From the NCBI GenBank assembly GCA_003105225.1, contig PQAK01000162.1, positions 1-42,325 of the forward strand: 42,325 nucleotides of DNA, in the 5' to 3' direction. How positions within the stretch are numbered: the stretch's first letter is position 1; every line of letters begins with the position of its first letter. A model generated the notes under the pieces. The model did no database searches. It saw nothing but the letters and a program-made list of their open reading frames with translations, and had not been told where the DNA came from. The position numbers were made by a program, and so were the translations under genes. Positions 35,991 to 42,325 of this stretch are shown here, piece after piece. The stretch is from Deltaproteobacteria bacterium (GTDB taxonomy: Bacteria > Desulfobacterota > Deferrimicrobia > Deferrimicrobiales > Deferrimicrobiaceae).

Positions 35991-37387
35991 AAACCAGAGG
36001 CCGGATCTTCCTCCTGGACGACGACGACCTGATCGTTTCCATGGTCGCGAGGGCGTTGAAGGGCGAGGGGTACGAAGTCCAGGCGGAAACGGACCCCGAT
36101 GGGGCCATCGACAAGATCCGCCTGTTCGCCCCCGACGTGGCGCTGCTGGACATCAAGCTGCCCGGCAAGAGCGGGCTGGACCTCCTGAAGGAAATGACGG
36201 ACCGCGGGATCGAGGTCCAGGTGGTGATGCTGACGTCGGACGACAGCGCCGAGAGCGCGGTGAAGGCGATGAAGATGGGGGCGGTGGATTACCTGACCAA
36301 GCCCTTCGATATGGAGGAAGTCAAGATCGTCATCGCCTCGATCGTCGAAAAGGGGAACCTGAAGCACGAAGTCGAATATCTCCGGAAGGTCAGCTCCGAC
36401 CTGACGTACCGGGAGATCATCGGAAATTCGGCGGTGATCGCCGGGATCAAGGAGAAGGCCGGGAAACTGGCGCAGGCCGGCGTTCCCACGGTGCTGATCA
36501 CCGGGGAAAACGGGACGGGAAAGGAGCTTTTCGCGCGATACATCCACCAACTGATGCATAACGGGAACACGGGGGAATACGCGCCGTTCATCGGCATCAA
36601 TTGCTGCGCGCTGCCGGAGCCCCTGATCGAGAGCGAGCTCTTCGGCCACGATAAAGGATCCTTTACCGACGCCAAGTCCGAGAAGAAGGGGGTCTTCGAG
36701 CTGGCCTCGGGCGGGGGCATTCTCCTGGACGAGATCGGGGAAATGAAGTGGGACCTCCAGGCCAAGCTCTTGAGGGTGCTGGAAGAGCGGAAGATCCGGC
36801 GCGTGGGGGGGAGGCACGACCTCCCCATCGACGCAACGGTGTTCGCCACCACCAACCGGAATCTCGAGGAAGCGGTGAAAAACGGAGCGTTCCGGATCGA
36901 CCTCTATTACCGGTTGAACGCCTTTTCCCTGCACATCCCCCCCCTGCGGGAGCGCCGGGAGGATCTGCTTCTCCTTGCCCAGCATTTCCTGACGCTGTTC
37001 TCCGCGAAATACTGCGGCACCTGCATGGGCCGCTTTTCCCCCGAGGCGCAGAACCTCATCCTCTCCTACCACTGGCCGGGAAACGTCCGGGAATTGAGGA
37101 ACGTCATCGAAAGGATCGTCGTATTGGAGAGCGGCAATACGATCCTCCCGGAGCACCTTCCGAAAGAGATCCTGTTCCAGGACAGGGCAGGGGAATCTCT
37201 CTCATCCGGTTCGGGATTCACACTCCCCGAGGAGGGACTTTCCCTGGACGAAGTGGAGAAAACCCTCATCCTTCAGGCGCTCGCGAAGTCGGGAGGGAAC
37301 AAGACGCAGGCGGCAAAGCTCCTCGGGATCACCTACGACTCCCTGCGCTACCAGATCAAGAAGTTCGAGCTGGAAGAGGTCAGGTAA
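35987..37387 (+). CDS. Sigma-54-dependent response regulator (NtrC/AtoC/ZraR family)
   Basis: The REC domain reads IFLLDDDD...LLDIKLPGKSG. The AAA+ module has GENGTGKE, ESELFGH, GSFTDA and ILLDEIGEM. A Fis-type HTH (NKTQAAKLLGITYDSLRYQIKK) is at the C-terminus. The ATG overlaps the kinase stop (ATGA). Confidence 0.9.
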   Translation: MKTRGRIFLLDDDDLIVSMVARALKGEGYEVQAETDPDGAIDKIRLFAPDVALLDIKLPGKSGLDLLKEMTDRGIEVQVVMLTSDDSAESAVKAMKMGAVDYLTKPFDMEEVKIVIASIVEKGNLKHEVEYLRKVSSDLTYREIIGNSAVIAGIKEKAGKLAQAGVPTVLITGENGTGKELFARYIHQLMHNGNTGEYAPFIGINCCALPEPLIESELFGHDKGSFTDAKSEKKGVFELASGGGILLDEIGEMKWDLQAKLLRVLEERKIRRVGGRHDLPIDATVFATTNRNLEEAVKNGAFRIDLYYRLNAFSLHIPPLRERREDLLLLAQHFLTLFSAKYCGTCMGRFSPEAQNLILSYHWPGNVRELRNVIERIVVLESGNTILPEHLPKEILFQDRAGESLSSGSGFTLPEEGLSLDEVEKTLILQALAKSGGNKTQAAKLLGITYDSLRYQIKKFELEEVR

Positions 37388-38051
37388 GAAATTTCAGGCC
37401 GGCGGTCACCCCGTCCGCGGAAGGGGTGACCCAAACCACCTGGCAGACGGCTTTCTTCGGGACCAGGCGAAGGACGGAATCGTTGCCCGCGGGGACGTGG
37501 ACGCGGAGCCCTTGCCCGACCCGCAGGGGGTATTCCGTTCGAAGCCGGAGCCCCCCGGAATCGATGTCGACCACCCTGCCGCTCAGGTTGTGGAGGTCGT
37601 ACTGGGATTCTTCCGGCAAGGGCTCCAGGATGGAAATCTGCACCGGGATGCGGCAGATATGCCTCGGGTGTTTCCTTTTTTGCGGATACCCTCCCGAAGC
37701 GCTCTTCAGGATCCCGTGGACGTCGGAGAGGTCGAAAGGCTTTTCCAGCAATTGCAGCGAATTCCCGGCAACCCCGCGCAGGCGGTTGCCCTCGCCGGTC
37801 TTGCCGCTCATGATCACGATTTTCGCCTCCGGCGACGTCCCTCCGATGACGCGGAGAAGCTCGATCCCGTTCGAATCCGGCAGATCGATGTCGAGGAACA
37901 CCAGATCGTAGGGTTGCCGGCCAAGTTCCGAGAGGGCATCCGCGCAGGTTTCCACGGCATGGGAGGAGAAGCCCAGCGCCGCGAATTCCTTCTCCAGCGC
38001 CCAGCAGATCAGCCTGTCGTCATCGGCGACAAGGATCTTTTTCCGGACCAT
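37380..38051 (-). CDS. Response-regulator receiver fused to PilZ-like domain
   Basis: The REC domain reads KILVADDD...DLVFLDIDLPDSNG...EKPF. The C-terminal half has RKHPR (RxxxR) and VVDIDSGGLRL (a DxSxxG-like variant) in a PilZ-type beta-barrel context. Confidence 0.7.
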   Translation of the reverse strand: MVRKKILVADDDRLICWALEKEFAALGFSSHAVETCADALSELGRQPYDLVFLDIDLPDSNGIELLRVIGGTSPEAKIVIMSGKTGEGNRLRGVAGNSLQLLEKPFDLSDVHGILKSASGGYPQKRKHPRHICRIPVQISILEPLPEESQYDLHNLSGRVVDIDSGGLRLRTEYPLRVGQGLRVHVPAGNDSVLRLVPKKAVCQVVWVTPSADGVTAGLKFLT

Positions 38052-38901
38052 ATCGCGGCACCCTGTCGTAGCGCGCGACCATCGGGGCGCCGGCTCCCAT
38101 TTTCACGGAGGGAACATGGTGATCGACGCACACCCTGCATTGGCAGCATTTGTGGGCGGTATAATGACGAATCCCCACGACGGTGTCCTTCGCCCGGTCG
38201 AATTTCGAGTAGATCCTGTCGAACAGGTCGGTCTCGCCGAATTCGAAAAACCGTTGGACCGCGTAGCTGCACACGTCGGCGATCTGCACCATGCTCGTCG
38301 AACGGATATCGACGAGGAGTGGAGTTTCCACGATTTTATCGAATTTCGTCCAGGGGGGGCCTCTCCGGTGGAAATTTCGCATGATGTTCGTGACCCTCGC
38401 GGAATTCTCCTCCTGGTTGGCTTGCACGACCAGTCCATAGAGCGGCGATCCCAGGTAATTCCCCCGGTTGACCAGGAACGCCTGAAACCTGCTGATGACA
38501 TGATGGAAGGCGAATTCGTACATTCGGCTAGGAGTCAATGGGCAGTCCGAAAGCGCGTTCCAGTCATAAGCCTCCGCGAATAGTCTCGCTTCGGTCCAGG
38601 TGTTGATCTCCTCGCAGATTCTTGCCAGGAACCCCTGGCGCTCCTCCTGCGTCAAGTTCGAATACCCTTCCGTTTTTTCATCGGTTTCCACGTTCCCCGG
38701 ATCCGCGCACCGGCGCATCATCCAGGCCGTGTCGATTTCCGTGTCCGCCAACTCGAATCTTTTTTTGATCTTGATGATTTTCGATTCCAGTTCTTTCCAT
38801 TGGACTGCGGGAATCGCTATCCCCGCCAGGACGAAATGAGAGGCGTCGCCGAAGCATTGGAGGGTACCCGATTTATTGACGTAGCAGATATATACGGGCA
38901 T
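38020..38901 (-). CDS. DUF3800-like protein with Cys-rich C-terminal tail
   Basis: MPVYICYVNKSG...FVLAGIAIP at the N-terminus and MVQIADVCSYAVQRFF near the C-terminus match the DUF3800 layout (yiDESG ... lQlADl.ay). The gene is in lower-G+C DNA. The start is ATG 38901, or TTG 38919 after a GAAGG. The last 32 nt overlap the REC-PilZ start. Confidence 0.55.
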   Translation of the reverse strand: MPVYICYVNKSGTLQCFGDASHFVLAGIAIPAVQWKELESKIIKIKKRFELADTEIDTAWMMRRCADPGNVETDEKTEGYSNLTQEERQGFLARICEEINTWTEARLFAEAYDWNALSDCPLTPSRMYEFAFHHVISRFQAFLVNRGNYLGSPLYGLVVQANQEENSARVTNIMRNFHRRGPPWTKFDKIVETPLLVDIRSTSMVQIADVCSYAVQRFFEFGETDLFDRIYSKFDRAKDTVVGIRHYTAHKCCQCRVCVDHHVPSVKMGAGAPMVARYDRVPRYGPEKDPCRR

Positions 38902-39322
38902 GCCGGGTGGAATCAGCAATTTGCATGCCTTCGAGAAGGGCTCTCCCTTGCTGCATAAATATCCTTCTAAAACAACATATTGGAAAATAACAGGGGATAT
39001 CGGAGACGACTTCTCCCGGGAAATTCCGGCGATAGGACCGAATCGGAGAGGTGATATCCCCGATGCCGGCAGGATTGCGGGTATAGCGCAGTACCTCACG
39101 GCCGCTACGGACGGCGGTTGGTGATTTCACCGGCGGAGATAAGGATTTCCACCCAGCGGTTGCGGCGGGATTCGATGATTTGCATATAACGAATTGTTTA
39201 TAAAGGCATATTTATTGCCGTTGCATTGGTACGGCTCTTGCTCATGTTTACTGATTGAATATTGACGCAGAAAAAAGCCGCATCCGGAGTTGTATTCACC
39301 TGCAGCAAGGGAGATGAACTGT

Positions 39323-40123
39323 ATGCAGGACCGCCATGGCCGAAACATCCACTACTTGAGGATTTCCGTCACCGACAGATGCAACCTCCGATGCATCTAT
39401 TGCATGTCCGAAAAGGGGGTTCGATTATTGAAGCACGAAGACATTCTTTCGTTCGAGGAAATCGCTTCCTTCACCAGGATTGCCGTGGCGAACGGGATCG
39501 ATAAGGTAAGGATCACCGGCGGCGAGCCGCTGATCCGGAAAAACATTCCGTATCTGATTCGATTGCTCTCGGGAATCCGCGGAATCAAGGATCTGTCCCT
39601 TACAACCAACGGCATTTTACTGGAAGAATTTGCGATGCCCTTGAAGGATTCCGGTCTCCAAAGAGTAAACATCAGCCTGGATACGACGGATCCGAAAAAG
39701 TATGCCTATATCACTCGAGGGGGCGATTATTATAAAGTCATGAAGGGGATCGATGCCGCCGAGAAGGCGGGATTGCTGCCGATAAAGATCAATTGCGTGG
39801 TAAAAAAATCCTCCCACGAACCGGATGCCGTCGGCGTGAAGGTTTTTTGCGAAAGCAGGAAATTGATCGTGCGCTTCATCCATGAGATGAACCTGGAAAC
39901 CGGGGAGTATTCCGTAGTGGAGGGAGGGACGGGAGGCAACTGCAGATTGTGCAACAAATTACGGCTGTCCAGCGACGGGGAGCTGCGCCCTTGTTTGTTC
40001 AGCGATCTATCTTTTAATATAAGACGGTTGGGCGCCGAATCGGCGATTCGAATGGCGGTGGAATCCAAGCCGGAATTCGGAACGAGAAGTCTTCTGACCG
40101 GATTCAGCATGATCGGCGGGTGA
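39323..40123 (+). CDS. moaA: GTP 3',8-cyclase MoaA (short form, radical SAM)
   Basis: LRISVTDRCNLRCIYCM is the CxxxCxxC radical-SAM site. Also present are ITGGEPL, the second cluster CRLCNKLRLSSDGELRPC and a terminal ..MIGG. A GGGAG RBS lies 9 nt before ATG 39323. Confidence 0.85.
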   Translation: MQDRHGRNIHYLRISVTDRCNLRCIYCMSEKGVRLLKHEDILSFEEIASFTRIAVANGIDKVRITGGEPLIRKNIPYLIRLLSGIRGIKDLSLTTNGILLEEFAMPLKDSGLQRVNISLDTTDPKKYAYITRGGDYYKVMKGIDAAEKAGLLPIKINCVVKKSSHEPDAVGVKVFCESRKLIVRFIHEMNLETGEYSVVEGGTGGNCRLCNKLRLSSDGELRPCLFSDLSFNIRRLGAESAIRMAVESKPEFGTRSLLTGFSMIGG

Positions 40124-40186
40124 TCCCCTGGATCGGCGGAGCGGGGATCGCTTGATGTCGATGAACGTGAAGGATGGGAACTCGTG

Positions 40187-41116
40187 ATGGATGGAAAAGT
40201 GCTTTCCGTCAATATCTCCGAAAAAACGGGCACGATCAAACATCCCGTGGAAAAAATCACCATCACGGAATCCGGCGTGATGAACGATGCCCACGCGGGA
40301 GACTGGCACCGGCAAGTGAGCCTGCTGGCCGTCGAGAGCATCGAAAAATTTTCCCGGCAGGCCAATCGGAAAATCCATTTCGGCGAATTCGCGGAAAACA
40401 TCACCACGCAAGGGATCGAACTTCCCAAGTGCAACATCTTCGATCGATTCCAGGTGGGGGAGACGGAGCTGGAGCTCACGCAGATCGGCAAGGAATGCCA
40501 TGGAACCACCTGCGCCATTTTCAAAGAGGTCGGGAACTGCGTGATGCCGAAAGAGGGGATCTTCTGCCGCGTCCTCAAGACCGGCACGATCCAGCCGAAC
40601 GACGAGATCCTTCTCGTGCCGAAAGTGACGCATGTTTCGATCGTTACGCTGAGCGATCGTGCGAGCGCGGGCGTCTACGAAGATCGCAGCGGCCCGAAAA
40701 TCAAGGAGATGCTGGATGCCTTCTTTTCGCAAAAGAAAATGCGATACGAGATCGAAACCCTCCTCATCCCGGATAACGCGGAAGCGTTGCGAACCCATTT
40801 GAACGAGCGCAGGAACGGCGGGACGGATTTCGTATTCACCACCGGAGGTACCGGGATCGGTGAGAGAGACATCACCGTGGAGACCGTGTCCGGCATGCTG
40901 GACAAGGAGATCCCCGGAATCATGGAGCTGATCCGGGTCAAGTACGGCATGGAAAAACCCAATGCCTTGTTGAGCAGGGGCGTTGCCGGCATCATGGGGA
41001 AAACCATCGTTTATACGCTTCCCGGAAGCGTAAAGGCGGTATCGGAGTACATGTCGGAGATCACCAAAACCATGGAGCATACGGTATTCATGCTGCACGG
41101 CATCGACAAGCACTGA
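40187..41116 (+). CDS. MOSC domain fused to MogA/MoaB-type molybdopterin-binding domain
   Basis: The N-terminal ~150 aa (KVLSVNISEKTG...NDAHAG.WHRQVSLL...GEFAENITTQGIEL...) are MOSC-like. The C-terminal VSIVTLSDRASAGVYEDRSGP...FVFTTGGTGIGERDIT...LPGSVKA is MogA/MoaB-like. Confidence 0.75.
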   Translation: MDGKVLSVNISEKTGTIKHPVEKITITESGVMNDAHAGDWHRQVSLLAVESIEKFSRQANRKIHFGEFAENITTQGIELPKCNIFDRFQVGETELELTQIGKECHGTTCAIFKEVGNCVMPKEGIFCRVLKTGTIQPNDEILLVPKVTHVSIVTLSDRASAGVYEDRSGPKIKEMLDAFFSQKKMRYEIETLLIPDNAEALRTHLNERRNGGTDFVFTTGGTGIGERDITVETVSGMLDKEIPGIMELIRVKYGMEKPNALLSRGVAGIMGKTIVYTLPGSVKAVSEYMSEITKTMEHTVFMLHGIDKH

Positions 41117-41280
41117 CGCTTTTCATCGCCCTCCCGCTTAACGTATTCCCCTGAAATTCATGTGACGTCTGGTGAAATAACGGACCGGACGTGGTTTTTC
41201 CACCAACCGAGGCCTGTCAATCGCAGGGTTCGATCACCGATAGTTATTGGATAACAAAGGGATTTATCAGCACGCCGGCG

Positions 41281-41296
41281 TGGCATGTAACTTGCT
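41281..41296 (+). promoter_or_regulatory. Near-consensus sigma-54 (-24/-12) promoter
   Basis: TGGCATG-taac-TTGCT differs from the consensus TGGCACG-N4-TTGCW by one mismatch. It lies about 133 nt upstream of ATG 41429 in a 312-nt non-coding spacer. Confidence 0.55.
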
Positions 41297-41428
41297 CGAA
41301 TAAAACATCGAAGCGATGGAACGGTTGCGATTACCGCGGTTTTGCTCTGCTGCAAGATTGAAACCTTGGAAAACGGGTAGCAGCGAGAGCCTCCAAGGTC
41401 AGCAATTCATAGAAAAGGAGGCGAAGTA

Positions 41429-42325
41429 ATGAGGATTATGAGATTCGCGGTCATCATCCTTGCTGTTGCATGCCTTCCGCTTCTCGCACATCCGGCGGAA
41501 ATACAGATGACCAGCTCGACCCAGTATTCCTGGTATCAGGATTTCCTGTCGAACGATGAAGATCAGAACGAAATCGTGGAGTATTTACGGCTGAACGCGA
41601 CCAAGCTGGACAAGGACGGCAAGGTCAGCATTTACGGGTACGGCAGGGTCATCCATCAGTTTTCGGACAGCATTGAGGAGCGCCCCGAGATCGCGAGCGA
41701 TACCTTCGGGAGAATGTATTACCTGTACCTGGACTACAGGGACGCGATCAAGGACCACCTGGATGTAAGGGCGGGAAGAACGTACGTGAGCGCGGCGGCC
41801 GCAGCGGGGACCGTGGACGGGGCCTACCTGGACTTCAAGAATCTGGGGCCCCTGGGGGTCACCGCGTTCGGCGGCAGGCGCGTGATTTTCGACAATAAAA
41901 GCGAAATCGGAACCAGCGGGGATTCGCTATGGGGCGGGAGCGTCTATTTCGATACCGTGAAATTCACCCACATCGAAGCGAGTTACGGACGGAAGTACGC
42001 CGATGAGGACCTGGCGACGGAAAACATCGGCCTCGATTTTTCCACCACTCCCCACGAGAAGGTCAACGTGTACGGGCGGATGAAATACGACATCGTTTCC
42101 TCGAGGTTCAACGAGGTTCTCGCGGGCTTGAAAGTGGCCCCTCTCAAGGACCTGGTCCTGCGGGGCGAGTACTACTACAGCTACGCCACGTTCGACAAAT
42201 CCTCCTTTTACCGGTTCTTCAACATCAACAACTACAAGGAGATCGGGGTCGCAGCCGAGTACCAGGTAAACGTCGACTACCGGATCTACGCGAAATACGC
42301 CAACGAGGATTTCTGCTCGGATGAA
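41429..42325 (+). CDS. Putative outer-membrane beta-barrel protein, N-terminal 299 aa (3' end outside window)
   Basis: I translated this by hand; it is not in the ORF track because there is no stop before the window edge. An AAGGAGG RBS is 7 nt upstream. The signal peptide is MRIMRFAVIILAVACLPLLAHPA. Alternating aromatic/hydrophilic strands follow (VSIYGYGRV, MYYLYLDYRD, VYFDTVKFTHIEASYGRKY, LRGEYYYSYATFD). Confidence 0.5.
   Translation, partial: MRIMRFAVIILAVACLPLLAHPAEIQMTSSTQYSWYQDFLSNDEDQNEIVEYLRLNATKLDKDGKVSIYGYGRVIHQFSDSIEERPEIASDTFGRMYYLYLDYRDAIKDHLDVRAGRTYVSAAAAAGTVDGAYLDFKNLGPLGVTAFGGRRVIFDNKSEIGTSGDSLWGGSVYFDTVKFTHIEASYGRKYADEDLATENIGLDFSTTPHEKVNVYGRMKYDIVSSRFNEVLAGLKVAPLKDLVLRGEYYYSYATFDKSSFYRFFNINNYKEIGVAAEYQVNVDYRIYAKYANEDFCSDE

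Overview
This is a 42.3-kb high-G+C bacterial chromosomal window. It is densely coding, with about 47 protein genes. I saw no rRNA, tRNA, CRISPR array, transposase or integrase.

Gene order, left to right:
- The 3' end of a membrane pyrophosphatase (hppA).
- A secreted SNase-like nuclease and ppiD, both on the minus strand.
- The cell-shape operon mreB-mreC-mreD-mrdA-rodA, with 4-nt start/stop overlaps.
- Thioredoxin genes.
- A gmhA-centred sugar-phosphate cluster: gmhA, a deoxyhypusine-synthase-like protein, an MBL hydrolase, a GHMP kinase and a COG2509-type flavoprotein.
- An HDAC(AcuC-like) / CBS+ACT / Zn-ADH operon.
- A CNNM/TlyC-type protein and a nitroreductase.
- A coiled-coil lipoprotein divergent from an orphan, catalytically degenerate GspE/PilB-like protein.
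- An operon of acyl-CoA synthetase, an unknown protein, a LysM protein and a membrane protein.
- An Fe-S/thiol block: nfu, ferredoxin, a TlpA-like protein, iscS-iscU bracketed by three rubrerythrin-like proteins (two are 65-aa half-ferritins), and cysS.
- An O-methyltransferase.
- A two-component pair: a HAMP histidine kinase with a periplasmic CXXCH motif, plus a sigma-54 activator.
- A REC-PilZ protein.
- A visibly lower-G+C tail with a DUF3800-like gene, a short moaA, a MOSC-MogA fusion, a near-consensus sigma-54 promoter, and the 5' part of a putative outer-membrane beta-barrel gene.

Most of the window is housekeeping. The stretches most worth a second look are:
- the GspE-like pseudo-ATPase module;
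- the half-ferritin/iscSU arrangement;
- the fadD-unknown-LysM-membrane operon;
- the low-G+C DUF3800/Moco tail with its sigma-54 promoter and structured leader.

The taxonomic impression (an anaerobic Desulfuromonadota/Geobacter-like lineage) is inference only.

Limits: all calls come from reading translations and motifs by eye. No database search or computation was run. Start codons are inferred. Hand-indexed coordinates of non-coding elements may be off by a base or two.
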